From a virus: a stretch of 64,000 nt of DNA. Below, piece after piece: positions 43,100 to 53,987 of this stretch. The notes under the pieces are model-generated. The model had not been told where the DNA came from, did no database searches, and saw only the letters and a list, made by a program, of their open reading frames with translations. Numbering within the stretch: position 1 is the first letter of the stretch; every line of letters begins with the position of its first letter. Location of the stretch: the IMG/VR virus record IMGVR_UViG_3300035180_000246, positions 9,859 to 73,858 of that record, one strand, 5' to 3'. A program made the position numbers and the translations under genes.

Positions 43100-45216
43100 T
43101 GAAAGATAAATACCTTTCTGCAGATGACAACCTAATTGATGCAGTTTCTGAAGAACAGTTAGAAAATAATGTTACAGAGACATTTGAGGTTAAGTGGAAG
43201 AATCCTCCTAAAGTGTCTAACCTAAAAGGCGACTATATTGCAGCTTTACCTACACATTCATCACATATTACTAATGTGGGTAATTGGTTAGATTTACTAA
43301 GTGGTAAATCTAAAACTAAGTTTGCTAAGAACAGATCTAGCGTACAACCTAAACTTGCACGTAAACAGGCTGAATGGCGTTATGCTTCATTATCAGAACC
43401 TTTTTTAAGTTCTAGTAACATATTTGATGCGCAACCTGTTACGTGGGAAGATACTAAGGCTGCTGAACAAAATACTTTAGTACTTAACCACCAATTTAAT
43501 AACAAAATTAATAAAGTAAGATTTGTTGACGAGTATGTACGTACAGCTGTTGATGAAGGTACTATCGTTGTTAAGGTAGGTTGGGAATACGAAGAAGCTG
43601 AGCAAATGGTAGAAGAGCCTGTAATGGGTCAGCTTCCTGTACAAGATCCTGCTCAAGCTCAACAAATGATTTCTCAAGGTATTCCTCCATTCCAAGAAGC
43701 TCAAGTAGGTACTAAACTTGTTAAAAAGATGGTTGCTGTTGAGAATCATCCTACTACTGAAATTTGTGAATTCGAAAACGTAATCATTGATCCTACATGT
43801 AAAGGTGACATTTCAAAAGCGAAGTTTGTCATACATAGATACAATGTATCTATGGATGTATTGAAAGCTGATAAGCGTTATAAAAACTTAGACAATATTC
43901 AATTTACTGGTGAAGATCCTAGTACTTATCCAGACTACAATGATAAAGATGCTGGTAACCTATTTACGTTTAAAGATAAAACTCGCAAGAAAGTAGTAAT
44001 GTATGAGTATTGGGGATACTGGGATGTTAATAATGATGGTTCATTAACTTCTATTTTAGTGTGCTATATTGGTAACACTATTGTTCGTATGGAAGAGAAT
44101 CCATACCCAGATAAGAAATTGCCTTTTGTAGTAGTTCAATATTTACCTGTACGTAAATCTATTTATGGTGAACCTGACAGTGTATTGTTAGAAGATAACC
44201 AAGCAATTATTGGAGCTATTACTAGGGGTATGATTGACCTTATGGGTAGATCTGCCAATGCTCAACAAGGTATTAGAAAAGATGCTTTAGATGTAATTAA
44301 TAAGCGTAAATTTGATCTAGGTGAAGATTACCAATTTAGCCCTAATATCATGAATCCTGAGCAAGCAGTATTTATGCATAGATACCCTGAAATTCCTCAA
44401 TCAGCTATGATGATGATTCAGTATATGAATAATGAAGCTGAGTCTATTACAGGCGTTAAAGCTTATAATACAGGCATTGGTGGTCAAGGTTTAGGTAATA
44501 CAGCTACAGGTGTTAGAGGAGCTTTAGATGCAGCTTCTAAGCGTGAACTAGGTATTCTTCGCAGATTAGCTGACGGTATTATTCAAATAGGTCGTAAATT
44601 CATTTCAATGAATGCTGAATTTTTATCTGATACTGAAGTAGTTAGAATTACAAATGATGAATTTGTTCCAGTTAAGAGAGATGATTTAGCAGGTAATATT
44701 GACTTACGCTTGACAATTAGTACTGCAGAGACAGATAATGAAAAAGCTCAGGAATTAGCGTTTATGCTACAGACATTAGGTAATAGTGTACCAATGGATG
44801 TAACTATGATGATTATGTCTGATATTGCTAAGCTTCGTAAGATGCCTGAATTAGCTAAGAGACTTAAAGACTATCAACCCCCTGCTCCAGATCCTATGCA
44901 ACAACAGATGCAACAATTGCAGTTACAGATGTTACAAGCAGAGGTTGTAAATGAACAGGCTAAGGGTCAAGATAGACAAGTTGATGCTAAATTGAAATTA
45001 GCTAAAGCAGGTGTAGCACAGGCTCAAACTCGTAAGATGAGTAGTGATGCAGATATGACTGACTTAGATTTTGTAAATAAATCTACAGGTGTTGATCATC
45101 AACAGACTCAGGAATTAGCTGCACAAAATCATCAACAAAACATTGATGAACATGCAGCAAAAGCATTGCTTGAATTTCATAAAGAAAAAGCAATGCCTAA
45201 AGAAGACGCAAAATAA
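43099..45216 (+). CDS. Portal protein (N4 gp59-like)
   Basis: RSSVQPKL.RKQAEWRY..LSEPFL, IIDPTC.GD, YEYWG, RMEENPYPD, ELGILRRLA. Confidence 0.95.
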   Translation: MKDKYLSADDNLIDAVSEEQLENNVTETFEVKWKNPPKVSNLKGDYIAALPTHSSHITNVGNWLDLLSGKSKTKFAKNRSSVQPKLARKQAEWRYASLSEPFLSSSNIFDAQPVTWEDTKAAEQNTLVLNHQFNNKINKVRFVDEYVRTAVDEGTIVVKVGWEYEEAEQMVEEPVMGQLPVQDPAQAQQMISQGIPPFQEAQVGTKLVKKMVAVENHPTTEICEFENVIIDPTCKGDISKAKFVIHRYNVSMDVLKADKRYKNLDNIQFTGEDPSTYPDYNDKDAGNLFTFKDKTRKKVVMYEYWGYWDVNNDGSLTSILVCYIGNTIVRMEENPYPDKKLPFVVVQYLPVRKSIYGEPDSVLLEDNQAIIGAITRGMIDLMGRSANAQQGIRKDALDVINKRKFDLGEDYQFSPNIMNPEQAVFMHRYPEIPQSAMMMIQYMNNEAESITGVKAYNTGIGGQGLGNTATGVRGALDAASKRELGILRRLADGIIQIGRKFISMNAEFLSDTEVVRITNDEFVPVKRDDLAGNIDLRLTISTAETDNEKAQELAFMLQTLGNSVPMDVTMMIMSDIAKLRKMPELAKRLKDYQPPAPDPMQQQMQQLQLQMLQAEVVNEQAKGQDRQVDAKLKLAKAGVAQAQTRKMSSDADMTDLDFVNKSTGVDHQQTQELAAQNHQQNIDEHAAKALLEFHKEKAMPKEDAK

Positions 45217-45253
45217 CTAGGGTAGGCGTACCCATAACTAAAGGTAAATAGAA

Positions 45254-45604
45254 ATGACTGAATTAAACCAAGAAGCTCAACTAGCTGAAATTGAAATCTC
45301 ATTAGAGCAAGCAAAAGAAGTAGTAGCCGCAGGATTAGCATTACAACGACTTTATGCAAACCAAGACTTTATTAAAGTACTTGCAGATGGTTACTTTAAA
45401 GATGAAGCATTACGTTTAGTATACCTTAAAGGTGATAGTGTACTTGATGTTGAAGCCATGAAAGATGTTGATAATCAAATTACTGCTATTGGATTGCTGC
45501 GAACTTATTTCCGCAGAGTTATGGGTCAAGCTCAACAAGCTCAACAAGCTATTCAAGATATGCAAGATATGCAGCATGAGATTCTGAATGGTGAAGATGT
45601 ATGA
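45254..45604 (+). CDS. N4 gp58-like protein
   Basis: ALQRL..N.DF.KV..DGYF.DEA.RLV; synteny. Confidence 0.8.
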   Translation: MTELNQEAQLAEIEISLEQAKEVVAAGLALQRLYANQDFIKVLADGYFKDEALRLVYLKGDSVLDVEAMKDVDNQITAIGLLRTYFRRVMGQAQQAQQAIQDMQDMQHEILNGEDV

Positions 45605-46710
45605 GTGATGAAGTTAACTATTTAGGAATGTCTGATGAAGACATTCTAGCAATGGATCTAGAAGACTTAAAAGAGTCTTCTAGCGATACAACGAATTCTG
45701 ATGAAGCAGATAGTACACCTAAAGAAGATAATACTGTAGAAGGCTCTACAGAAGCTTCTGAAGCTAGTACTTCTGAAACTGAGGGTGAAGCAGAGCAAAC
45801 TACAGATACCAATCCAGTTGACGGACAGGAAGTATCTGGCGAATCTCAGCAAAAAGATGTCTCTACCAAAGATGTCAAAGATGTTTCTGAACCAGAAACT
45901 GTAGACTACAAAGCAGCTTATGAACGGTTACTAGCACCGTTTAAAGCTAATGGTAAGACTGTGCAAGTGGATAGCGTTGAGGACGCTGTATCGCTTATGC
46001 AAATGGGTGCAAATTACAACAAACGTATGCAGGAATTAAAACCTAACTTACGTATTGTGAAGATGCTAGGGGATAACGGACTATTAGATGAAGCTAAACT
46101 TAATATGCTTATTGAAGTTGCTCAAGGTAAACCTGAAGCAATTAAGAAGCTGGTAGCTGATAATCAGTTAGATGCATACTCCCTAGATGCTGAAACAGAC
46201 TCTAAGTATATGCCCAATGATTACCGCGTAAATGACTCACAACTTGAGTTAGACGAAGTAATTACGGAATTACGTGAATCACCAGCATTTACACGTACTG
46301 CAGATATTGTAGGAAATAGGTGGGATGCTGCAAGCAAAGCTACCATTGCTGCCAATCCAAGACTACTTCGTGACATTAATGCTCATATGGAATCAGGTGC
46401 TTATGACGCAATTGCAGCTGAAATTGAAAAGCAAAGAATGTTAGGAAGAACTCCTGCAGGAGTATCTGATTTACAGTTATATGAGCTTACCGCTAAGTAC
46501 ATGTTAGAAATGTACAACAAAGCTCAACAAACTCAAAATAAGACACCTATGGATAATGTTAAAGAACAACAACGGAATGCTAAAAAGCAGGCCCTAGCTC
46601 CTACAAAAAGTATGTCTTCTACAAAAAGTCAGGCAGTTCCAGATTTTTTATCTATGTCAGATGAAGAGTTTGAGAAGTATGCTAAAGCTGATTTGTTTAA
46701 GACAGTTTAA
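45601..46710 (+). CDS. N4 gp57-like protein (scaffold / tape-measure-like)
   Basis: MSDEE repeats, PFKANGK, LMQMGANY, acidic N-terminus; lies upstream of the capsid gene. Confidence 0.85.
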   Translation: MSDEVNYLGMSDEDILAMDLEDLKESSSDTTNSDEADSTPKEDNTVEGSTEASEASTSETEGEAEQTTDTNPVDGQEVSGESQQKDVSTKDVKDVSEPETVDYKAAYERLLAPFKANGKTVQVDSVEDAVSLMQMGANYNKRMQELKPNLRIVKMLGDNGLLDEAKLNMLIEVAQGKPEAIKKLVADNQLDAYSLDAETDSKYMPNDYRVNDSQLELDEVITELRESPAFTRTADIVGNRWDAASKATIAANPRLLRDINAHMESGAYDAIAAEIEKQRMLGRTPAGVSDLQLYELTAKYMLEMYNKAQQTQNKTPMDNVKEQQRNAKKQALAPTKSMSSTKSQAVPDFLSMSDEEFEKYAKADLFKTV

Positions 46711-46737
46711 GTCTATTTAGGTTGAAGGAATATTATT

Positions 46738-47922
46738 ATGGCTCAAATTTTTGGTACAGGCGATAATGCCACGATTAACGGTACTGGTGCTACTCAGATC
46801 CAGCAACAGTATTACTATAAGAAAGCTCTTATTGATCTTGTCAAAGATCAGCACTTTATGCCATTGGCTGATGTGCGCTCTATGCCTAAGAACTTTGGTA
46901 AAACAATTAAACAATACCACTATCTACCTTTACTAGATGATCGTAACGTAAACGACCAAGGTCTTGATGCTAACGGTGCTACTATTGCGAACGGTAACTT
47001 ATATGGTTCATCTAAAGACATCGGTACTATCTCAGGTAAGTTACCTGCATTGTCTGAAACTGGTGGACGTGTAAACCGTGTTGGTTTCAAACGTTTAGAA
47101 TTGCAAGGCTCTTTTAATAAGTTTGGTTTCTTTGATGAGTACACTCAAGAGTCTTTAGACTTTGACACTGATGCAGAATTGGAAATGCATGTTACTCGTG
47201 AAGCTTTACGTGGTGCTAACTACATGACTGAAGCTGCTTTACAGATCGACTTGTTAAATGCTGCTGGTGTAGTTCGTTATGCTGGTGTAGCTACTTCAAA
47301 CGCTACTATTACAGGTGAAGGTGCTACGCCTTCTGTAGTTTCTTATACTGACTTAATGAAGTTAGGTATTACTTTAGATAACAACCGTTGTCCTAAGCAG
47401 ACTACATACATGAAAGGTTCAACAATGTTTGATACTGCAACTATTCCTAGTGCACGTAGTCTATTCGTTGGTACTGAGCTGATCCCTACAATCCGTGGAA
47501 TGAAAGATCTGTTTGGTAATCAAGCATTTATTCCTGTACAGCGTTATGCTGCTGCTGGTGCGATTCTTCCTCATGAATATGGTACTATTGATCAGTTCCG
47601 TATTATTGTTAACTTAGACATGGCTAAATGGGCAGGTGCTGGTGCATCAGCTACTTCTGCTAATTTAGGTTACCAAACTACTTCTGGTAAATATGATGTG
47701 TTCCCAATGTTAACTGTTGGTTCTGGTTCATTTACTGCTATTGGTTTCCAAACTGATGGTAAGACTGTTAAGTTTGTGATTAAGCATAGAAAACCAAGTG
47801 ATAATATCACTACTCAAGATCCTTACGGTGAAGTTGGTTTCCACTCTATTAAATGGTACTACGGCTTTATGGCTTTACGTCCAGAATGGATTGGTCTTGT
47901 TAAAACTGTAGCTCCAGTTTAA
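46738..47922 (+). CDS. Major capsid protein (N4 gp56 family)
   Basis: [58 protein letters not shown]. Confidence 0.97.
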   Translation: MAQIFGTGDNATINGTGATQIQQQYYYKKALIDLVKDQHFMPLADVRSMPKNFGKTIKQYHYLPLLDDRNVNDQGLDANGATIANGNLYGSSKDIGTISGKLPALSETGGRVNRVGFKRLELQGSFNKFGFFDEYTQESLDFDTDAELEMHVTREALRGANYMTEAALQIDLLNAAGVVRYAGVATSNATITGEGATPSVVSYTDLMKLGITLDNNRCPKQTTYMKGSTMFDTATIPSARSLFVGTELIPTIRGMKDLFGNQAFIPVQRYAAAGAILPHEYGTIDQFRIIVNLDMAKWAGAGASATSANLGYQTTSGKYDVFPMLTVGSGSFTAIGFQTDGKTVKFVIKHRKPSDNITTQDPYGEVGFHSIKWYYGFMALRPEWIGLVKTVAPV

Positions 47923-47932
47923 TTGAGCTAAT

Positions 47933-47958
47933 TAAGTAGAGGGGTAACCCTCTACTTA
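47933..47958 (+). terminator. Stem-loop / terminator after the capsid gene
   Basis: TAAGTAGAGGG-GTAA-CCCTCTACTTA; weak U tail. Confidence 0.7.
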
Positions 47959-48002
47959 TCAATTCTTATTAATATAATAAATTAATTTAAAGGTACAAGA
48001 AT

Positions 48003-48560
48003 ATGTCTGATGAAATGCTAAATGATGTACAAGAAGAGAGTACACTGGATGAGCTTACTATGCTTAAAGCTAGAGCTGACCAACTAGGTATTAACTACCA
48101 CCACAAAGTAGGTTTAGAGAAGTTACGTAAAATGGTTAATGATGCTATTAACGGTGATTCTGAAGAAGTAGAGGAAGCTTCTGATGCACTTACAGAGCAT
48201 CAACAACGTATGAAAATTCGTGAAGATATGATGGCTCTAGTACGTGTCAACATCCATTGTAATGATCCAGCTAAGAAAGAATGGCCTGGTGAGATTATCA
48301 CTGTATCCAACTCTGTACTTGAAGCTAAAAAGTATGTTAAATATGATACCACTGAAGGTTATCACATTCCTTACATTATCTATCTTGCCCTTAAAGACAA
48401 AGAGATTCAATTGTTCCGCACAATTAAGTCAGATAAGGGTATAGATATCAAAGAACCTTATCTAGCTAAAGCATATGCTATTGAAGTTATGCCTCCACTT
48501 ACTCAGAAAGAATTGGAGCAATTAGCTGCTGATCAACGTGCTCGACATGCTATTGATTAA
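48003..48560 (+). CDS. N4 gp55-like protein
   Basis: LKARAD.LGI.YH..VG.EKL, LVRV.I.C.DP.KK...GEI.TV.N, EV.PPLT..EL..LA..Q. Confidence 0.85.
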   Translation: MSDEMLNDVQEESTLDELTMLKARADQLGINYHHKVGLEKLRKMVNDAINGDSEEVEEASDALTEHQQRMKIREDMMALVRVNIHCNDPAKKEWPGEIITVSNSVLEAKKYVKYDTTEGYHIPYIIYLALKDKEIQLFRTIKSDKGIDIKEPYLAKAYAIEVMPPLTQKELEQLAADQRARHAID

Positions 48561-48585
48561 TTAATAATAAAGTAACATACCTTTT

Positions 48586-48611
48586 CACCTCCTGCTGAGG
48601 AGGTGCTTTTT
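48586..48611 (+). terminator. Intrinsic terminator
   Basis: CACCTCCT-GCTG-AGGAGGTG followed by CTTTTT. Confidence 0.8.
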
Positions 48612-48632
48612 ACATAAGATTTAGGAAATACT

Positions 48633-49292
48633 ATGCCAATTACGATAAATACAGATGATTTTAAAGCTATTGTAGATAATGATCCAGTAGCAAATACCTC
48701 TGGATTTTTTACTGAATTGATGACTAGTATTAATGCTTATGTAAAAGGTGAATTCAGTTCTGGACGTATTACAGGTACAGAATATGCTACTGTATACTTA
48801 GGAGCTATGCAGAGTGCTATTGCTCAGTCAGTACAATATGCTTCACAAAAAGCTACTAGTGATGCTCAAGTAGCTTTACTTGGTGCTCAAAAATTACAAG
48901 TAGAAGCCGAGATTGCTAAAATAGATGCTGAAACTTTAAATGTACCTAAACAAGGTGCTTTATTAGATGCACAAGTATTAGAGGCTTATAAAGATATCGA
49001 TTTAAAAGGTGCTGAAATTGGTAAGACAGATGCTGAAACAGCTTTATTACCTAAACAAGGTGATTTACTAGACGCAAAAATAGCAAGTGAACGGAAGTCT
49101 CTAGACGTAGCTGACCAGCAGATAGCACTATACAGTGCTCAAGCAAAAGGCTTTGCTGATAAATCTAAAGTAGATTCAGCTAAAGTATTGTCTGATATTT
49201 TGAGTATGCGTATGTCTTTAAGTAATGATGTCTCTACTGGTCAAAGTATTTCAGATGCTTTCAACAGTACTCAAAGTAAACTACCTTACTAA
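48633..49292 (+). CDS. N4 gp54-like structural protein
   Basis: G.F.ELM......EF..GRITG.EYA.VY; Q..LY..Q...F; 35-aa internal repeat DAET..PKQG.LLDA. Confidence 0.8.
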   Translation: MPITINTDDFKAIVDNDPVANTSGFFTELMTSINAYVKGEFSSGRITGTEYATVYLGAMQSAIAQSVQYASQKATSDAQVALLGAQKLQVEAEIAKIDAETLNVPKQGALLDAQVLEAYKDIDLKGAEIGKTDAETALLPKQGDLLDAKIASERKSLDVADQQIALYSAQAKGFADKSKVDSAKVLSDILSMRMSLSNDVSTGQSISDAFNSTQSKLPY

Positions 49293-49316
49293 TTATCTAT
49301 AACTTGAGTAGTTGAT

Positions 49317-51470
49317 ATGAGTGCAATCATAGATGCCATAGGAAGTGCTATTACAAGTGTTTCTAATGCATTAGGTATTAAAGATGTTTTAGATAGTGCA
49401 TTTAGAGGTTCTGAAATTGTAGTTGCATCTGCTAGTTTTAGCAGACTTTATTCTATAAAGTTAGATATGCCTATAGTAAAACAGACAGCAATATCAGCTC
49501 TACTTGGTAATAGAAGTGTTGTAGATGAATTAATACTTACAATTCAGAAATCTCCTGCACGTAATCTTGAAAAAGCTTATGCATATGCGATGAGTCAGCA
49601 GACAAGTGAAACTTACGCATACTCTGCATCTTATGTAGCAGCAATGGATATATATTCTCAAGACACTATTGATTATACCAATTCAGTAAATGATATTAAA
49701 AATAGTGTAACGTTCACTGTAGTAAACTCTAAGGGTAGTGTAGTAAAAACTTATGTAGGATATGATAATCTACTAAATGCTCTAAATGCCTCTGATGCAG
49801 ATACCAAATTTCCGACAATAGCCACGGAAGTACTTCCTAGTACTACACCTAAAACTTATACGTATAACTATCAGAAACAAAATGCATTAAATGCTTTAGC
49901 ACAAGCTGATACTCAAATAGATGCTATATCTGCACCTACATTTAATCCACCTACCCAATTAGGTTATTATTACTACCGCTTACCTGATATCCAGTCTTCT
50001 GGATTTTTAGCAACTAATTTAGAAAGCTACCCTATCATCATTATTAAAAGAGAAGGTGGGTATGCGGCAACAGACTCAGATGAATATAACAGTACACTAA
50101 AGTTAAGCAATTTTTATGGGTTTGACTACGATTCATTGAAAAAAAGTATCTTAAATATCGATACTCCAGATGTAAAAGCTGCTGGAGTAATGTTAGGTGT
50201 AGATTTGTTTTCAAATACAGTAGCAGCTAAACAATATATCTCAGGATTTTTTGATTCCATAATTCCTTATGGCACTACTCAGCCTATAGAAGAAATTTCA
50301 TATGTAAATAGTTATCAAGAAAGTGGTACAACTCTTGAAGAAGTTATTACATATATAAACCCTTATATTAAAGTTTCAGAATCAAGTATAAACTTGTTTA
50401 TTACTATAAAAACTTCTACAAAGTATACTACTAATACTTCTGACTCGGAGTTCTTACAGCGTTTACATGATAGCCCTACTGTTGATGTAGTAAGAACTGA
50501 TGATAATGGTAAATATAGTATAAACATAAATAAGTACGTAAATGATTCTAGCTACTTATCTATATATGTTGAAGACTTTACTCTACAAACTTACGTAGCT
50601 ACAGACACATCCTATCATGGTACAGAGATAGGTATGTTTACATTCAAGTCTTCTGCAACAGTTGCTACAGATAGTACAGATCCACTCATCTTACCCCTAT
50701 TGAGAGCACCTTACTTACTTCTAGGCCCATTAGATAGAATAGATTTAAGTAGAGAGTCTGGATTTCTGATAATGATGTCTGCTCAAGTTGTTGCCCTAAC
50801 TTGGGTACAAGAACATGCTGCGCTTATTCAAGTTATTGCAGTAGTTTTTGCTGTGTTTACTATGGGGCAATCTTTAGCTGTCGTAGGTACTGCTACAGCT
50901 ACAACTGCAGCAGGAGTAGCCACTACTACAGTAACTTACAGTATATCTGCTCTTGTTATAAATTTTGCAGTAAATGTAGTTATTATATTGGCAATAAAAG
51001 AACTTGCTATTAAGTTATTTCCTGACAATGAATTTGTACAACTAGCCGCTACTGCACTCACTATGTACTACCTTAGTGATTCCGACTTTTCTAGTGGTAA
51101 TAGTTTGGAAGATGTACTTAATGATCGTAGTTTAATTGACAACATGTTAAAATATTCACAAGCAGCTATAGATGTTTATAATCAAGGTTTGCAAGAAAAA
51201 CTTAAAAAAGATAAGGAACAGTATACTGTTGAGCTTAATAAGCTTACAGAAGAGTATAATGAAAATGCTGCAAAATTGGAAGCATTACCTCAACTCACTG
51301 ATTTAGTTAGAGAAGATTTCAGAAATGGTGTTTTATTAAGAAATAAAGTTAAACCGTCAGAAACAGTTGATATGTTTTATACTAGAACTTTAAATAGTAA
51401 TTTAGCTGAAGTATCTACAAACCCTTCATATTACTACAATAGTAAATTGAGTTTAAATAACATAGCATAA
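49317..51470 (+). CDS. N4 gp53-like virion protein with hydrophobic segments
   Basis: Synteny; hydrophobic C-terminal stretches; ET.DMFY.RTL. Confidence 0.7.
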   Translation: MSAIIDAIGSAITSVSNALGIKDVLDSAFRGSEIVVASASFSRLYSIKLDMPIVKQTAISALLGNRSVVDELILTIQKSPARNLEKAYAYAMSQQTSETYAYSASYVAAMDIYSQDTIDYTNSVNDIKNSVTFTVVNSKGSVVKTYVGYDNLLNALNASDADTKFPTIATEVLPSTTPKTYTYNYQKQNALNALAQADTQIDAISAPTFNPPTQLGYYYYRLPDIQSSGFLATNLESYPIIIIKREGGYAATDSDEYNSTLKLSNFYGFDYDSLKKSILNIDTPDVKAAGVMLGVDLFSNTVAAKQYISGFFDSIIPYGTTQPIEEISYVNSYQESGTTLEEVITYINPYIKVSESSINLFITIKTSTKYTTNTSDSEFLQRLHDSPTVDVVRTDDNGKYSININKYVNDSSYLSIYVEDFTLQTYVATDTSYHGTEIGMFTFKSSATVATDSTDPLILPLLRAPYLLLGPLDRIDLSRESGFLIMMSAQVVALTWVQEHAALIQVIAVVFAVFTMGQSLAVVGTATATTAAGVATTTVTYSISALVINFAVNVVIILAIKELAIKLFPDNEFVQLAATALTMYYLSDSDFSSGNSLEDVLNDRSLIDNMLKYSQAAIDVYNQGLQEKLKKDKEQYTVELNKLTEEYNENAAKLEALPQLTDLVREDFRNGVLLRNKVKPSETVDMFYTRTLNSNLAEVSTNPSYYYNSKLSLNNIA

Positions 51471-51481
51471 AGGAACACGAT

Positions 51482-51982
51482 ATGGCTGATAATCCTTACG
51501 ATAGTGGTCTTAATTACAGTTTAGGTTCTCCTGTTAAAAAACCTAATCCATACATTATGAACATGGGTGTATCAAGCAACTTTGGTACAGATAATACCCC
51601 TGTAACTGGTGCAGACACTAAGATTAATCCTTCACTAGATTTTGGTGGTGGTGGTAATCCTACTCCAGGTTCTGGCTCTGGTTTAGGAGGTTTATTAGAT
51701 TCTTTAGGTGGAATGGATGGTCTTTCTAAGTTTGGTTCTGCTATTGGCGGTATAATGACTGCTATGAATGGGCATGAACTTGGTAGTATCATGCGAGATC
51801 AGTATAATACAGCTAAAGCTAATACCAATATTGGTTTAGATAACCAAGGACGTATTGCTAATACTACTAACGGTATCCAAGGATACTTAAGGGGTGGTGC
51901 TCAAGGTTTAACTGGTAATAGTTTAAATGCATTTAATGATAAATATGTACAGGAACATGCACTAAGTAGTGCAAGAGTTTAA
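51482..51982 (+). CDS. N4 gp52-like small ejection protein
   Basis: Gly-rich, no Cys; synteny. Confidence 0.7.
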   Translation: MADNPYDSGLNYSLGSPVKKPNPYIMNMGVSSNFGTDNTPVTGADTKINPSLDFGGGGNPTPGSGSGLGGLLDSLGGMDGLSKFGSAIGGIMTAMNGHELGSIMRDQYNTAKANTNIGLDNQGRIANTTNGIQGYLRGGAQGLTGNSLNAFNDKYVQEHALSSARV

Positions 51983-51993
51983 GGAATAAGTAT

Positions 51994-53919
51994 ATGGCAG
52001 CGTATGTACCAACGTTTACACAAGTTAAAGCACCTGAGTTTGATTCTAAAGGTATGTACCTTGCCAATAACATGTTTAGCCAAGGACTAAACAGTGTTGT
52101 AAATGTATTTAAAGATGAAGCAGCTAAGCAGAAGGAAGATAATACTTATGCAGCTATAGGTAGGATTAAGCAAGCAGCTCAAGAGGGTATTACTAGAAAC
52201 GATCAAGTACAGGCTGCTTATTCAGATCCAGGTATAGCTACATTTGATGCTAATGATGCTGCTAATTTAAGAGCTTCACAAGCTAGTTCTGCTCCTACTC
52301 AATTAAGTGAAATGCTTAATCAGTATACTGAAAATAGGGGTACTACTCCTATCGACTTGAGATTACTTAATCAACAGTACGATACTACCAATAAGGATAT
52401 GCAGGATAGGTTTGATCATCGTGAAGATCTAAGTATGAAGTTACATGATGCCTCTACTAAAGAAGATCAGTGGAATCAAACTTATTCGGCTGGTAGAACA
52501 GATGCTGCGAATACTCAAAGTAATGCTGAAGCAAGATTGAAGAATGATCAGGCAAGATTAGCTGGTGAAGCTACAGAAAGATCACAACGTATGAGGTATT
52601 CGACAGAAGATCATCAACGTAGTAAAGATATTTACGATGCTGGTTTAGCTCAAAATAGTATACTAAATGGTAGTAAAGTTTTTGAGAATGGTCTAGTAGG
52701 TGATTTATCTATACCTGCAGGAGATGGTAATGCAGTTACAGTAAGTAAAGCTGATCATGATTTAGTACTTCAAGATCCAACTAAAGTAAATGATATTGCT
52801 ACTAAATACGGCGTAACTGCTGCACAATTTATGGATACGTTGGGTGCTGCTAAAGCTGATAGGGCAGCGCAAGTAAAGAACTTCATAAGTTCTGGTATAA
52901 ATACTGGTAGCTACACCCCTAGAGCAAAGCAACTACTAGCTAATACATTATCTGGTGAATTGACAAAGTATACAGGGCAGATTCCTAGTACTGTAGAAGC
53001 TGCGGCTAGTAATAATAATGGCCAATTAACTTCTGGATTTAACAGTGTGGTAAATGCCACTAATAATGTATTCAAAGATAACATTGCACATGCTTTAACG
53101 TATACTAAAGGTAGTGATGGTAACTATGGTTTTAGTATTGATCCTGAAGCGTTTACGCAAATTACAGGAATGTCTGTGAATGATCCTAGAGCTGCAGAAA
53201 GGGTACAAAAGATAACTGAGTATGCAAACAAAGCAGGGGTAGATAGCAACTTTTCAGCTTTACTGAAAAATACTAAAGCATCTGGTATACCTAGTTTAAT
53301 TGCACAACAAGCTAAAACACTTCAAGATAATGTAGCTGATGCAGCTAAAAAACAAAGTGCAGATTTAGATGCTCAGCTTAATGCTAAAAAAGCTCATGTA
53401 CTGAATCCTAGTGAAATTTCTAGCTATTTTGAAAATACTGCTAAAGAGTTTGGATCTAGTCCCGAAGCAACTAATGGATCTAAGATTGCTGCGTCTTTAT
53501 TACAGAATGTAGTTTTAGATCCAACCTTATCAAGGGTAGTAAATGAAAAGTTCATAGATGACTTTAAGCAAAGATTGGCTAATACTGGTATTTTTGAAGA
53601 TCGCAAAGGTAAGGTATTTAGTATAGATAGAGACTATAGTGATATATACAGAACCTTTACTGATACTTTAGCAGATAATGGAGTAATTGATACAGACACT
53701 GCTGATAAAATGAGGGAAAAGGCAGGAACTAACTACAGCCTTTTACCTGGTTTTTCAGATTTAGATCAACCAGGTGTAGCATATAAGGAAAGTGTAGCAA
53801 AAGCTGCTTCAAATGTACGTACAGCTTTAAGTGATTATATGAAAACTAAACCTAATCCAGCTAACACTCTAAATGCTTTAGGAAACAATGCAACTCTAAC
53901 GACGTACCCTAACAAATAA
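51994..53919 (+). CDS. N4 gp51-like ejection protein
   Basis: Ala-rich, no Cys; directly upstream of the vRNAP gene. Confidence 0.7.
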   Translation: MAAYVPTFTQVKAPEFDSKGMYLANNMFSQGLNSVVNVFKDEAAKQKEDNTYAAIGRIKQAAQEGITRNDQVQAAYSDPGIATFDANDAANLRASQASSAPTQLSEMLNQYTENRGTTPIDLRLLNQQYDTTNKDMQDRFDHREDLSMKLHDASTKEDQWNQTYSAGRTDAANTQSNAEARLKNDQARLAGEATERSQRMRYSTEDHQRSKDIYDAGLAQNSILNGSKVFENGLVGDLSIPAGDGNAVTVSKADHDLVLQDPTKVNDIATKYGVTAAQFMDTLGAAKADRAAQVKNFISSGINTGSYTPRAKQLLANTLSGELTKYTGQIPSTVEAAASNNNGQLTSGFNSVVNATNNVFKDNIAHALTYTKGSDGNYGFSIDPEAFTQITGMSVNDPRAAERVQKITEYANKAGVDSNFSALLKNTKASGIPSLIAQQAKTLQDNVADAAKKQSADLDAQLNAKKAHVLNPSEISSYFENTAKEFGSSPEATNGSKIAASLLQNVVLDPTLSRVVNEKFIDDFKQRLANTGIFEDRKGKVFSIDRDYSDIYRTFTDTLADNGVIDTDTADKMREKAGTNYSLLPGFSDLDQPGVAYKESVAKAASNVRTALSDYMKTKPNPANTLNALGNNATLTTYPNK

Positions 53920-53987
53920 GGTAGTATAGCTCGGTAAAGTAGGTTATATTAATAACAATATTAGTAACAAATTTAAGGTAATTTTAC